A stretch of DNA of 64,000 bases from Gammaproteobacteria bacterium (GTDB lineage: Bacteria > Pseudomonadota > Gammaproteobacteria > S144-34). The notes under the pieces are model-generated. The model made no database searches. It was not told the origin of the DNA and saw only the letters and a program-made list of their open reading frames with translations. The translations under genes were made by a program, and so were the position numbers. Positions 20,340 through 31,025 of this stretch are shown here, in pieces. Within the stretch, counting starts at the first letter, position 1; each line of letters opens with the position of its first letter. The stretch is taken from the NCBI GenBank assembly GCA_026989495.1, contig JALSJE010000021.1:17239-81238 (forward strand). The letters are read 5' to 3'.

Positions 20340-20870
20340 GTGCGCGACCCGGCCCAGCTGCTGGCCCAGATCGAGCGCCGCGCCCAGGCGCGCGCGCGGG
20401 CGCTGCCGCGCCAGGAGGCGGCGCGGCGTCTGTGGCCGGGCATCGCCTTCCGCGTCCGCGGCCAGCGGCTGGTGGCCCCGCTCGCCGAGGTGTCCGAGAT
20501 CCTCTACTACCCGCCGCTCACGCGCGTGCCCGGCACCAAGCCCTGGGTGTGCGGGATCGCCAACGTGCGGGGCAATCTGCTGCCCATCATGGATCTCAAG
20601 GGCTATCTCTATGGCGAGCAGACGCCCACCCACCGGCGCGCGCGCGTGCTGGTCGTCAGCCACCGCGGGCTCGCGGCGGGGCTGCTGGTGGACGAGGTGC
20701 TGGGCCTCAGGCACTTCGACGAGGCCGACCGCCTGGCCGAGGTGCCCGAGGCCGACGAGCCGCTGCGCCCCTACCTGCGCCGCGGCTATCGGGACGAGGA
20801 GGGGAGCTGGCCCGTGTTCAGCATGTTCCGCCTGGCGGAGAATCCGCTCTTCCTGCAGGCGGCGGTCTGA
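20340..20870 (+). CDS. pilI: CheW-like coupling protein PilI
   Basis: 176 aa CheW domain (...VCGIANVRGNLLPIMDLKG...). GTG start. Confidence 0.8.
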   Translation: MRDPAQLLAQIERRAQARARALPRQEAARRLWPGIAFRVRGQRLVAPLAEVSEILYYPPLTRVPGTKPWVCGIANVRGNLLPIMDLKGYLYGEQTPTHRRARVLVVSHRGLAAGLLVDEVLGLRHFDEADRLAEVPEADEPLRPYLRRGYRDEEGSWPVFSMFRLAENPLFLQAAV

Positions 20871-20956
20871 GCGGGGGCGGCGCGGAGGCGAGCAACGAGG
20901 AGTCGGTCGCTGCCGGCCTGAGGCCGCGGGCGGCCATCTGACGGGGGAAGAAGAAG

Positions 20957-22984
20957 ATGAGCACACCGAAGCACGTACTGGCCCAGATCGGAGCCAACCG
21001 GAGGATCCTGTGGCTCGGCGGCCTGGCCATCGCCCTGGTGATCGGCATGGCCGCGGTGTTCATCTACGTGGCGGTCACCGGCGGCTACGACCGCCAGTAC
21101 ATCAGCATCGCAGGCGAGCAGCGGGTGCTGTCGCAGAACATCGCGAAGTATGCGCTGCAGGCGGCCACCGGCACGGAGGCGGCCTTCGACCGCCTCGCCA
21201 AGGCGCGTGGCGCCTTCGAGCGCAACCTCAAGGTGCTGGAGGCGGGCGATCCGGAGCAGGGGCTGCCCCCGGCCCCGGAGGCGGTGGGCGCCGAGCTCGC
21301 CCGCATGCGCAAGGAGTGGAACGACTTCCGCAGCAACGTGGACGGCGTCATCGCGGGCAAGGCGGCCGTGCTCGAGATACGCGAGTTCATCGGCACCATC
21401 AACGAGCTCATGCCCCAGCTGCTCGCCGTCTCCGACGAGGTCGTGACCCTTCTGGTGGAGAAGGGCGCCGATCGCGAGCAGATCTACATCGCCTCCCGCC
21501 AGCTTATGCTGACCCAGCGCATCGAGAACAACGTCAACAAGGTCATCGCCGGCGGCGAGGGCGCGGCCATGGCGGCCGACCGCTTCGGGCGTGACGCGGC
21601 GCTGTTCGGGCGCGTGCTCGAGGGCATGGTCAAGGGCGATCCCGCCCTCAACATCCGGCCCGTGAAGGACCCGGAGATCCTCGACAAGCTGCGCGAGGTC
21701 TCCATGCTGTTCACCACGGTGAGCCACCACGTGGGCGCCATCCTCGAGCGTTCGCCCGAGCTGTTCGAGGTGCAGGAGGCGGCCAACAAGATTTCGGCGG
21801 AGAGCGACCACCTCCTCGAGACAGCCAGCAGTCTGGCGGGTGCCTTCGTGGCGGCGGCCGAGGCGCGGCCGGTCAAGGTCTGGCACGGTTACGTGCTGCT
21901 CGTGCTCGCCATCCTGGTGCTCGGCCTGGTGGGCTGGGAGTTCCTGCAGGATGCGCGCCGGCGCCAGCGCGCGGCCGAGGAGCAGAACAGGCGCAACCAG
22001 GAGGCCATCCTGCGGCTGCTGGACGAGATCAGCAACCTGGCCGAGGGCGACCTGACCGTGCACGCCACGGTCACCGAGGACATCACCGGCGCCATCGCCG
22101 ACTCGATCAACTACGCCATCGACGCGCTGCGCAGTCTGGTGTCCACCATCAACGAGACCTCGGTGCAGGTCTCCTCGGCGGCCCAGGAGACCCAGGCCAC
22201 CGCCATGCATCTGGCCGAGGCCTCCGACCACCAGGCGCAGCAGATCACGGCGGCGAGCGCGGCCATCAACGAGATGGCGGTCTCGATCGACCAGGTCTCG
22301 AAGAACGCGCAGGAGTCCACGGAGACGGCGCAGAAGTCGGTGGAGGTGGCCCACAAGGGCGCCGACACCGTGCGCCGCACCATCACCGGCATGGAGGCCA
22401 TCCGCGAGCAGATCCAGGAGACCTCCAAGCGCATCAAGCGCCTGGGCGAGAGCTCGCAGGAGATCGGCGACATCGTCGAGCTCATCAACGACATCGCCGA
22501 CCAGACCAACATCCTCGCCCTCAACGCCGCCATCCAGGCGGCCATGGCGGGCGAGGCGGGGCGCGGCTTCGCGGTGGTGGCCGACGAGGTGCAGCGCCTG
22601 GCGGAGCGCTCCGCCAACGCCACCAAGCAGATCGAGGCCCTGGTCAAGGCCATCCAGACCGACACCAACGAGGCGGTCATCTCCATGGAGCAGACCACGG
22701 CCAACGTGGTCAGCGGCGCCAGGCTGGCCGAGGAGGCGGGTGAGGCCCTCACCGAGATCGAGAACATGTCCAAGCATATCGCCGAGCTCATCCAGAGCAT
22801 CTCGGACTCGGTGCGCCAGCAGGCCTCGGCCGCGGCCAACATCTCCGACACCATGAACGTGATCCAGGAGATCACCACCCAGACCTCGGCCGGCACCAAC
22901 GAGGTGGCCTCCTCGATCGGCAACCTGGCCGAGCTCGCCACGGAGCTGCGCAGGTCGGTGGCCGGCTTCAAGCTCCCGGACTGA
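20957..22984 (+). CDS. pilJ: methyl-accepting chemotaxis protein PilJ
   Basis: 675 aa with two TM segments, a HAMP domain and the highly conserved MCP signalling domain (...IADQTNILALNAAIQAAMAGEAGRGFAVVADEVQRLAERS...). Confidence 0.9.
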   Translation: MSTPKHVLAQIGANRRILWLGGLAIALVIGMAAVFIYVAVTGGYDRQYISIAGEQRVLSQNIAKYALQAATGTEAAFDRLAKARGAFERNLKVLEAGDPEQGLPPAPEAVGAELARMRKEWNDFRSNVDGVIAGKAAVLEIREFIGTINELMPQLLAVSDEVVTLLVEKGADREQIYIASRQLMLTQRIENNVNKVIAGGEGAAMAADRFGRDAALFGRVLEGMVKGDPALNIRPVKDPEILDKLREVSMLFTTVSHHVGAILERSPELFEVQEAANKISAESDHLLETASSLAGAFVAAAEARPVKVWHGYVLLVLAILVLGLVGWEFLQDARRRQRAAEEQNRRNQEAILRLLDEISNLAEGDLTVHATVTEDITGAIADSINYAIDALRSLVSTINETSVQVSSAAQETQATAMHLAEASDHQAQQITAASAAINEMAVSIDQVSKNAQESTETAQKSVEVAHKGADTVRRTITGMEAIREQIQETSKRIKRLGESSQEIGDIVELINDIADQTNILALNAAIQAAMAGEAGRGFAVVADEVQRLAERSANATKQIEALVKAIQTDTNEAVISMEQTTANVVSGARLAEEAGEALTEIENMSKHIAELIQSISDSVRQQASAAANISDTMNVIQEITTQTSAGTNEVASSIGNLAELATELRRSVAGFKLPD

Positions 22985-22997
22985 GCCGGGGGGCGCG

Positions 22998-23909
22998 ATG
23001 GCGCAGGTGGGCAGCGAGGTGCGGCGCAGCGGGTGGCAGGGGCTCACCCCCGCGCCCGCCATGAGCGAGGCCCAGTTCGCGCGCTGGGTCGAGCTCGTGC
23101 GCCACCGCACCGGCATGCTGCTCTCGCCGGAACGCAAGTCCTTCCTCGTCACCAGCCTCACGGCGCGCATGCGCGAGCTCGGTATCGCCGACTACGACGC
23201 CTACTACGAGCTCGTCGCGCACGGGCCGCGCGGGGCGGTGGAGTGGGTGCTGCTGGTGGATCGGCTCACGGTGCACGAGACGCGCTTCTTCCGCCACCGC
23301 CCCTCCTTCGATCTGGTGCGCACGCGCGTGCTGCCCCAGAGCCCGGTGCCGGAGGCGCTCCAGCCCTACCGCATCCAGGTGTGGAGCATCGGCTGCGCCA
23401 CCGGCGAGGAGGCCTACAGCCTCGCCATCGCCATCGACGAGCATCTGAGCCGGCTCGGGGGACGCTACTACTTCGGCATCACCGCCACCGACATCAGCCT
23501 ATCGGCGCTCGCCACCGCCCGCCGCGGGATCTATCCGGGCAAGCGCCTCGACCGGATCGCGCCCGACCAGCGCGCGCGCTACTTCCGGCGTGTCGCCCCC
23601 GACACCTGGGAGGTGGTGCCGGCGCTGCGCAAGCGCGTGTGCTTCGCGCAGCTCAACGTGCTCGAGCTCGCGCGCGCGCCGCTCGCGCCCATGGACCTCA
23701 TCTTCTGCCAGAACGTGCTGATCTACTTCGACCGCGCGCAACGCCAAGCCATCCTCGACCAGGTGGTGCGGCGGCTGGCGCCGGGCGGGGTGCTGGTGCT
23801 CGGTCCGGGTGAGGTCGTGGGCTGGCGCCATCCCGAGCTCGAGCGGGTGCATCATCCCGACACTCTGGCCTGGCGGCGCGTGGCGCGCCGCGGCGGAGGT
23901 GCGGCATGA
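22998..23909 (+). CDS. pilK: CheR-type chemotaxis methyltransferase PilK
   Basis: 303 aa. CheR N-terminal domain plus SAM-binding domain (VWSIGCATGEEAYSLAI...LIFCQNVLIYF). Confidence 0.85.
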   Translation: MAQVGSEVRRSGWQGLTPAPAMSEAQFARWVELVRHRTGMLLSPERKSFLVTSLTARMRELGIADYDAYYELVAHGPRGAVEWVLLVDRLTVHETRFFRHRPSFDLVRTRVLPQSPVPEALQPYRIQVWSIGCATGEEAYSLAIAIDEHLSRLGGRYYFGITATDISLSALATARRGIYPGKRLDRIAPDQRARYFRRVAPDTWEVVPALRKRVCFAQLNVLELARAPLAPMDLIFCQNVLIYFDRAQRQAILDQVVRRLAPGGVLVLGPGEVVGWRHPELERVHHPDTLAWRRVARRGGGAA

Positions 23910-26900
23910 GCTTCGGTGAAGGCATCGATCCCGGCGCCCTCGGCTGGGTGCGGGGCGAGCTCGAGGAGACCCTCAAGCAGGCCCGCCAGGCCCTCGAGGC
24001 CTATGTCGAGGACCCCGGCGACACCGCCCAGCTCCAGTTCTGTGCGAGCTACCTGCATCAGGTGCGCGGCACGCTCCAGATGCTGGAGCTCTACGGGGCC
24101 GCCATGCTCGCCGAGGAGATGGAGCACCTGGTGCGAGCGCTGCTCGAGGAGCGCATCAGCCAGCGCGAGGACGCCTACGAGGTGCTGATGCGTGCGCTGC
24201 TGCAGCTGCCGGACTACCTGGAGCGGCTCCGGAGCGGCGGGCGCGACCTGCCGGTGCTGCTGCTGCCGATCCTCAACGACCTTCGCGCCACCCGCGGCGA
24301 GAACCTGCTCTCCGAGAATGCGCTCTTCAATCCAGACCTGAGCGTGGAGGCACCGGTGGAGCCGGCGGCAGGGGCCCCGCTGCCGGCGCGCGAGCTCGGC
24401 CCGCGCGCACGCGGACTGCGCCATCAGCTCCAGCGCGGGCTGCTGGCCTGGTACCGCAACCAGGATGGGCGCGCCGGGCTGGACCTGATGGAGAAGGCGC
24501 TCGAGGGGCTGCAGGCCGCCTGCCGTCCCGGCAACGCCACGCGCCTGTGGTGGGCCGCGCGCGGCGTCGTCGAGGCCCTGCGCGATGGGGGCCTGGAGTC
24601 CAACGTCTCGCTGAAGCTCCTGCTCGGCCAGCTCGACCGCCAGGTGCGACGCATCATAGAGCAGGGCCAGGAGGCCCTGGAGAGCGAGCCGCCCGTCGAG
24701 CTCCTCAAGAACCTGCTCTACTACGTGGCCCGCGCCACCTCGGAGGGGCCGCTGGTCAAGGCCATACAGGAGGCCTTCCGGCTCGGCGAGCTGCTGCCGG
24801 ACGAGGAGGAGCTGGAGGCCGCGCGTGACGCCCTCTCGGGCCGCAACCGCCAGCTCCTCGAGACGGTCTCCACCGCCATCCGCGAGGACCTGGCCCACGT
24901 CAAGGATGCCCTCGACCTCATCGGCCGCACGGGCAAGGCCAACCCCCAGGCCCTGGAGGACATGGCCGAGGTCCTGCGTCGCGTCTCGGACACGCTCGCC
25001 ATGCTGGGCCTGGGTGCCGCGCGCCAGCTCGTGCAGGAGCAGATCGAGCGGCTGGAGGCGCTGCGGGAGGCGGGCGGCGAGGGGCCGCCGGAGCCTGCGG
25101 CGCTGATGGAGATGGCGAGCGCCCTGCTCCAGGTCGAGACGCGCCTGGAGGAAGGCCTGGCCGAACCCGAGGAGCCCGGGCAGGTCCCCGAGCCCGGGTC
25201 CCCCGTCCCCGAGGGCGAGTACCGCGCGGTCCAGGCGGCGGTGATCCGCGAGGCCATGGCCGACATGGCCAAGGCCAAGGAGGCCATCGTCGGCTTCATC
25301 GAGGCCCCGTGGGACCACGAGCGGCTCACCCACGTGCCGGGCCTGTTCCGCGAGATCCGTGGCGGCCTCCTGATGCTTGGCCTGGCGCGCGCGGCGGGGG
25401 CCCTGGAGGCGGTGGACGCCTACCTGCGCGAGGAGCTGCTCGGCCGGCGGCTGGTGCCCGAGAAGGAGGACCTGGACAGGCTGGCCGACGCCATCACCGC
25501 GGTGGAGTACTACCTGGAGGCGGTGGCCGAGGGACGCGCCGAGCGCGAGCGCATCCTCGACACCGCCGAGCAGGCCGTGGCGGCCCTGGGCCATCCCGTG
25601 AGCGGCGCCGCGCCGGCGTCCGCGGCGGTCGAGGCGCCGGACGAGACCGCCGGGGGTGAGGCGCCGGAGGAAGCGCTCCCCGAGGAGGAGGCGCAGGAGG
25701 CGGGCGAGGCTGTGGGGGAGGCCGCCGGGGAGGTCCTGGAGGGCGTCGAGGGCATCGAGGTGGAGCTCGTGGGCCCGGAGGAGGCGGCGGGCGTGCCGGA
25801 GCCGGGCCCGGGCGAGGCCGAGGCGGAGACCTCCCCGGCCGAGGGTGCGCCCGCGCAGCCCGCGGAGGGGGCAGCGGAGGAGGAGGCCGCGGAGGCCGGG
25901 ACCCAGGCGCAGGCGGCAGGCGAGGCGGCGCAGCCGCCCGCCGCCCCCGAGCTCCATGCCCCGGACACCGGCGAGCCCCTCCAGGTGCTCGCCGGCGAGG
26001 TCGAGCCGGACATCCTCGACATCTTCCTGGAGGAGGCCGAGGAAGAGCTCTCCACGCTGCGGGAGCTCGTCCCGCGCTGGCGCGCCAATCCGGACGATCG
26101 CGATGCGCTCATCACCGTGCGCCGCGCCTTCCACACCCTCAAGGGCAGCGGCCGGCTGGTGGGAGCGCAGGTGGTGGGCGAGTTCGCCTGGTGCTACGAG
26201 AACATGCTCAACCGCGTGATCGACGGCACCATCGAGCCCACGCCCGCGCTGCTCGGCCTGCTCGACGAGTCGCTGGAGGTGCTGCCGGGGCTGGTCGAGC
26301 AGCTCCGCGGTGGCCCCGGCCCCCGGGTCGACCTCCAGGCGCTGCTGGAGCGCGCGCACCGCATCGCCAGGGGCGAGCCGGTGGAGCCGCCCGCCTTCGC
26401 GCCGGTGGCCGAGGAGGCGGCTGCCGCGGGCGAGGCCGGGGCGGAGACCGTGGCCGAGGCGCCCCCCTCGCCCGAGGCCGCCCCGGCCATGGACCCCACC
26501 CTCTACGAGATCTTCAGCAAGGAGTCGGCAGGCCACCTGGAGACGGTGCGCGCCTTTCTCGAGGGCTGCCGGGAGGGCGACGAGGCCGCCTGCCGGCCCA
26601 CCGATGCCCTGGTGCGCGCGCTCCACACCCTCCACGGCAGCGCGCGCATGGCGGGCGCCGACGCCATCGCGGAGCTGGCGGGCATCGCCGAGCGCTACGT
26701 GAAGGTGGTGCAGGCGCGCGAGGCCCCGCTGCCGGAGGAGGGCCGCACCGCGCTGGGCGAGGCGGCCGAGACCATCGCCCGCATGGTGGAGGCCCTGGGC
26801 CCCGCCGGCGGCGAGCTGCCCGACGCGGCAGAGCTGCGCGAGCGCCTCGCCATGCTGCACACGCGCGAGCAGGAGGCGCTGGAGGCGGAGGAGGCCGCGG

Positions 26901-29440
26901 CGCAGGCCCCCGTCGCGGGCGAGGGGCAGGCACGCCCGGCCGGCGAGGCGGCGCAGCCCGAGGGCGGACGCGACGAGCTCGCCGAGATCTTCCTCGAGGA
27001 GGGTGCCGAGATCCTCGACGCGAGCGAGATGCTGCTCCACCGCTGGCACCAGGAGCACGAGAACCCGGACGTGGTGCGCCAGCTCCAGCGCGAGCTCCAC
27101 ACCCTCAAGGGCGGCGCGCGCATGGCCGGCATCGAGCCCATCGGCAACCTGAGCCATGCGCTGGAGTCGCTGTTCACGGCGGTGGCCGATGGCCATGTGC
27201 CGGTCTCGCCGCGCCTGCTCGACACGGTGCAGCGCGCCTTCGATGCCCTGCACCGGATGCTGGAGGAGGCCCGCGGCGGCCAGCCGGTCACGCCGGACGA
27301 GACCATCCTCCAGGAGGTGGAGAACGTGCGTCTCGGCACCGCGGCGCTGTCGGACGAGAGCGCCTCCGCGGTGACGGGCGAGACGGCCGGGGAGGAGGCC
27401 GCGGCCGAGACGGCGGGAGACGTGGTCGCCCCGGAGGGGACGCCGGTCCCCGCGCAGGCCCCGGAGCCGGCGCCGCCGGAGCCGGTGCCGCCGTCCGAGG
27501 CCGCGGAAGAGGGCGCCGAAGTGGTGCCCCTGCGGCCGCGGCGCGAGCAGGAGGCCGAGGCGGAGGCGGGCCCGCCCAAGGTGGAGCGCCGCGCGCGCCC
27601 CCGCATCCATTACGAGACGGTGCGTGTGCGCGCCGACCTCCTCGACCAGCTCGTCAACTACGCCGGCGAGATCAGCATCTACCGCGCCCGCCTGGAGCAG
27701 CAGTTCGGCGCCTTCCGCTTCAACCTCGCCGAGCTCGAGCAGACCGTGGCGCGCCTGCGCGAGCAGCTCCGGCGCCTCGAGATCGAGACCGAGGCCCAGA
27801 TCCTCGCCACCTACCAGACCGAGGCCGGCACCCTGCGCGAAGACTTCGATCCGCTCGAGCTCGACCGCTACTCCACCGTGCAGCAGCTCTCGCGTGCGCT
27901 CGCCGAGAGCCTCAACGACCTGGTCAGCATCCAGGGCCTGCTCGAGAACCTCACACGCGAGTCCGAGACCCTGCTCCTGCAGCAGTCGCGCATCACCACC
28001 GACCTGCAGGAAGGGCTCATGCGCACGCGCATGGTCTCCTTCAGCGGCCTGGTGCCGCGCATGCGCCGCATCGTGCGGCAGGCCGCCGAGGAGCTCGGCA
28101 AGAAGGCCGAGCTCAGCGTGAGCGGCGCCGACGCCGAGATCGACCGCACGGTGCTCGACCGCGTGACCGCCCCGCTGGAGCACATGCTGCGCAACGCCGT
28201 CTCGCACGGCATCGAGCCCCCCGCCGAGCGGCGCCGCCTCGGCAAGGACGAGGTCGGGCGCGTGCACGTGGCCGTGGGCCGCGAGGGCAACGAGGTGGTG
28301 ATCCGCGTCTCCGACGACGGCGCGGGCATGAATCTCGAGGCCATCCGGCGCAAGGCCGTCGAGCGTGGGCTGCTCGCCCCCGACGCGCAGGTGGATGACG
28401 ACGATCTCATGCGCTTCATCTTCGAGGCGGGCTTCTCCACCGCCGCCGAGATCACGCAGGTGGCCGGCCGCGGCGTGGGCATGGACGTGGTCAACGCCGA
28501 GATCAAGCAGCTCGGCGGCTCCCTCGACATCGCCTCGCAGGCGGGCAAGGGCACGACCTTCACCATCCGCCTGCCCCTGACGCTGGCGGTGAGCCGCGCC
28601 CTGCTGGTCCACGTGGGCGAGGACATCTTCGCGGTGCCGCTCGCGAGCGTCGAGGGCGTGGTGCGCATGGACCGCGAGACGCTGGAGCGCTTCTATCGGG
28701 CCGAGGAGCAGGCGCTCACCTACGAGTACGCCGGCAACCGCTACCGCGTGGAGTATCTGGGGCGTCTTCTCGGCACCTGCGAGCCGGCGCTGGCCGGCGA
28801 CCGCGCGCGCTTCCCCGTCCTCCTGGTGCGCGCCGGTGAGCATCGCTCGGCGCTCCAGGTGGACGCCATCATGGGCGCGCGGGAGGTGGTGGTGAAATCC
28901 GTGGGGCCGCAGATCGCCACCGTGCGCGGCATCGCCGGCGCCACCATCCTGGGCGACGGGCGCGTGGTGCTGATCCTCGACATCGGCCCGCTGGTGCGCA
29001 TGGGCGGTGCGGCCACCGTGCACCTGCCGCCTGCCGGGGAGGCGGCCGAGGCCGAGCGCCCCGTCACCGTCATGGTGGTGGACGACTCCATCACCATGCG
29101 GCGCGTCACCCAGCGCCTGCTGGAGCGCAACCACATGCAGGTGGTCACGGCCAAGGACGGGGTGGATGCGCTCGCCAGGCTGCAGGAGGCGCTCCCGGAC
29201 GTGATCCTGCTCGACATCGAGATGCCGCGCATGGACGGCTACGAGCTCGCCACCCACATCCGCAACGAGGAGCGGCTGCGGCACATCCCCATCATCATGA
29301 TCACCTCACGCACGGGCACGAAGCACCGCGAGCGTGCGGCCGAGATCGGTGTGGATCTCTACCTCGGCAAGCCCTACCAGGAAACCGAGCTCCTGGAGAG
29401 CATCGAGTCGGTGCTGAGGGAACGCCATGGCCATGCCTGA
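23906..29440 (+). CDS. chpA: hybrid CheA-like histidine kinase ChpA (multiple Hpt domains, HATPase, CheW, C-terminal receiver)
   Basis: 1844 aa with repeated Hpt signatures (FHTLKGSGRLVGA, LHTLHGSARMAGA, LHTLKGGARMAGI), a kinase core (GRGVGMDVV...GGSL), a CheW-like domain and a C-terminal REC domain (VMVVDDSITMRR...DIEMPRMDG). Confidence 0.9.
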   Translation: MSFGEGIDPGALGWVRGELEETLKQARQALEAYVEDPGDTAQLQFCASYLHQVRGTLQMLELYGAAMLAEEMEHLVRALLEERISQREDAYEVLMRALLQLPDYLERLRSGGRDLPVLLLPILNDLRATRGENLLSENALFNPDLSVEAPVEPAAGAPLPARELGPRARGLRHQLQRGLLAWYRNQDGRAGLDLMEKALEGLQAACRPGNATRLWWAARGVVEALRDGGLESNVSLKLLLGQLDRQVRRIIEQGQEALESEPPVELLKNLLYYVARATSEGPLVKAIQEAFRLGELLPDEEELEAARDALSGRNRQLLETVSTAIREDLAHVKDALDLIGRTGKANPQALEDMAEVLRRVSDTLAMLGLGAARQLVQEQIERLEALREAGGEGPPEPAALMEMASALLQVETRLEEGLAEPEEPGQVPEPGSPVPEGEYRAVQAAVIREAMADMAKAKEAIVGFIEAPWDHERLTHVPGLFREIRGGLLMLGLARAAGALEAVDAYLREELLGRRLVPEKEDLDRLADAITAVEYYLEAVAEGRAERERILDTAEQAVAALGHPVSGAAPASAAVEAPDETAGGEAPEEALPEEEAQEAGEAVGEAAGEVLEGVEGIEVELVGPEEAAGVPEPGPGEAEAETSPAEGAPAQPAEGAAEEEAAEAGTQAQAAGEAAQPPAAPELHAPDTGEPLQVLAGEVEPDILDIFLEEAEEELSTLRELVPRWRANPDDRDALITVRRAFHTLKGSGRLVGAQVVGEFAWCYENMLNRVIDGTIEPTPALLGLLDESLEVLPGLVEQLRGGPGPRVDLQALLERAHRIARGEPVEPPAFAPVAEEAAAAGEAGAETVAEAPPSPEAAPAMDPTLYEIFSKESAGHLETVRAFLEGCREGDEAACRPTDALVRALHTLHGSARMAGADAIAELAGIAERYVKVVQAREAPLPEEGRTALGEAAETIARMVEALGPAGGELPDAAELRERLAMLHTREQEALEAEEAAAQAPVAGEGQARPAGEAAQPEGGRDELAEIFLEEGAEILDASEMLLHRWHQEHENPDVVRQLQRELHTLKGGARMAGIEPIGNLSHALESLFTAVADGHVPVSPRLLDTVQRAFDALHRMLEEARGGQPVTPDETILQEVENVRLGTAALSDESASAVTGETAGEEAAAETAGDVVAPEGTPVPAQAPEPAPPEPVPPSEAAEEGAEVVPLRPRREQEAEAEAGPPKVERRARPRIHYETVRVRADLLDQLVNYAGEISIYRARLEQQFGAFRFNLAELEQTVARLREQLRRLEIETEAQILATYQTEAGTLREDFDPLELDRYSTVQQLSRALAESLNDLVSIQGLLENLTRESETLLLQQSRITTDLQEGLMRTRMVSFSGLVPRMRRIVRQAAEELGKKAELSVSGADAEIDRTVLDRVTAPLEHMLRNAVSHGIEPPAERRRLGKDEVGRVHVAVGREGNEVVIRVSDDGAGMNLEAIRRKAVERGLLAPDAQVDDDDLMRFIFEAGFSTAAEITQVAGRGVGMDVVNAEIKQLGGSLDIASQAGKGTTFTIRLPLTLAVSRALLVHVGEDIFAVPLASVEGVVRMDRETLERFYRAEEQALTYEYAGNRYRVEYLGRLLGTCEPALAGDRARFPVLLVRAGEHRSALQVDAIMGAREVVVKSVGPQIATVRGIAGATILGDGRVVLILDIGPLVRMGGAATVHLPPAGEAAEAERPVTVMVVDDSITMRRVTQRLLERNHMQVVTAKDGVDALARLQEALPDVILLDIEMPRMDGYELATHIRNEERLRHIPIIMITSRTGTKHRERAAEIGVDLYLGKPYQETELLESIESVLRERHGHA

Positions 29441-30497
29441 GCCGCGGCCAGCAGCGCCCCTGCGCGTGGCGGTGATCGCGAGCGGCGGCGGCGCGCGCGC
29501 GGACCTGCGCCACATGCTGGAGGCCGAGGGCCTGGAGGTGGTGCTGGAAGTGGCGCCCGACCGCCTGCCCTGCGAGCGCATCGAGGACTGGCGCGGCGCC
29601 GAGGTCATCCTCCTCGACCTCGACGACGGCGACGATGCGAGCATGGCCTGCCTCGCCAGCCTGGCCGAGGGTCCGCCGCTGCCCCTGGTGTTCGTCGACG
29701 GCGAGACCGCGCGCCTGAGCGGCGGGGCCCGGCTCGGCCGTCGCCTGGCGGAGAAGCTCGCCGCCGAGGCCGGCCGCCACCCCGGGGCCCCGGCCGCCCC
29801 GGCCGCGTCCACGCCCCCCCTGCGGGTGGTGGCGCAGGAGGCGGACACGCGGGCGGCGGCGCCATCCGTCCCCGAGGCCGCGACGCCGCGCGGCTCGCGT
29901 CCGCTGGAGGTCTGGGGGCTCGGGGCCTCGATCGGCGGCCCCCAGGCGCTCAAGCGCTTCCTGTCCGGGCTGCCCGCGGGGCTGCCCTTCGCCTTCGTGC
30001 TCGCCCAGCACATCGGCGAGAACTTCATGGATCTGCTCGCCCGGCAGCTCGACCGCGAGACGCCGCTGCGGGTCGGGATCGCCGAGGAGGGCGCGCGGCT
30101 CGGCGCGGGCGACGTGATGCTGGTGCCGGTCGGAAGCGCCGTCGCCTTCGAGGGTGACGGACGCGTGCGCCTGCGCCGTCTCGAGGGCAGCCTCTACGAC
30201 CCCTCCATCGACCGCACGCTGGAGATGGTGGCCGCGGCCTTCGGGCCCCGCTGCGGGGCCATCCTCTTCAGCGGCATGGGTGACGACGGCCTGCAGGGCT
30301 GCCACGAGATCGTGCGCCGCGGCGGCACGGTGTGGGCGCAGGAGCCGGCGAGCTGCGTGGTGAGCAGCATGGCGGACCAGGCGCGCGCGCGTGGCTACGT
30401 CAGCTTCAGCGGCACGCCGGAGGCCCTCGCCACCCGGCTGCGGGCGCGAGCCGCCGAGCTGGCGCGTGCCGCCGTCCGCGCAGGCGAAGGAGGCTGA
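29427..30497 (+). CDS. chpB: CheB-type chemotaxis methylesterase ChpB
   Basis: 356 aa with an N-terminal REC-like region and a C-terminal CheB methylesterase domain (GASIGGPQAL...SGMGDDG). Overlaps the chpA 3' end by 14 nt. Confidence 0.85.
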   Translation: MAMPEPRPAAPLRVAVIASGGGARADLRHMLEAEGLEVVLEVAPDRLPCERIEDWRGAEVILLDLDDGDDASMACLASLAEGPPLPLVFVDGETARLSGGARLGRRLAEKLAAEAGRHPGAPAAPAASTPPLRVVAQEADTRAAAPSVPEAATPRGSRPLEVWGLGASIGGPQALKRFLSGLPAGLPFAFVLAQHIGENFMDLLARQLDRETPLRVGIAEEGARLGAGDVMLVPVGSAVAFEGDGRVRLRRLEGSLYDPSIDRTLEMVAAAFGPRCGAILFSGMGDDGLQGCHEIVRRGGTVWAQEPASCVVSSMADQARARGYVSFSGTPEALATRLRARAAELARAAVRAGEGG

Positions 30498-30499
30498 GC

Positions 30500-30985
30500 A
30501 TGGCGCAGCCGGCCGATACCATCCGCTGCCTTCTCATGCCCGTGGGTGAGGTGCAGGTGCTGCTGCCGGGGGCGGCGGTGGCCGAGATCACGGCCTGGCA
30601 GGCGCCGGAGCCCGTGCCGGGGACGCCGCCCTGGCTGCTGGGGCGGGTGGACTGGCGCGGGACCGGCGTGCCGGTCACGGACCTCGAGGCCCTCATGCAG
30701 GGCAGGGATCCGCTGGCGCCCGGACCTCGTGCACGGCTCGCCGTGCTGCACAGCCTGGCCGAGGACGACCTCCTGCCTTTCCATGCCCTGCTCCTGCGCG
30801 GCATCCCCCACATGGTCCACGTCTTCCCTGGGCTGGTGACGCCGGAGGACAGGGGCGAGGGTCTGGCCCACGACGTGGTCGCGCAGACCGTGAGCGTGCA
30901 TGGGGAGCGGGCCTTCGTTCCGGACCTCGACGTGCTCGAGCGCAGCCTGCGCGAGGCGCTGGGGCTCGGGGCGGCAGGCAAGTGA
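30500..30985 (+). CDS. chpC: CheW-like protein ChpC
   Basis: About 161 aa from MAQPADTIRCLLMPVGEV, taken as a CheW-like fold. Position after chpB matches Pseudomonas. Confidence 0.7.
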   Translation: MAQPADTIRCLLMPVGEVQVLLPGAAVAEITAWQAPEPVPGTPPWLLGRVDWRGTGVPVTDLEALMQGRDPLAPGPRARLAVLHSLAEDDLLPFHALLLRGIPHMVHVFPGLVTPEDRGEGLAHDVVAQTVSVHGERAFVPDLDVLERSLREALGLGAAGK

Positions 30986-31025
30986 CAGCCGACGGGAAGG
31001 GCTGCCGGCCCCTGCTCCGGGGCGT

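Noticed and set aside
30986-31025. Terminator between convergent chpC and rsmE
   Set aside because: Only a weak, imperfect GC inverted repeat in a 40-bp gap, without a U-tract. Not enough to call.
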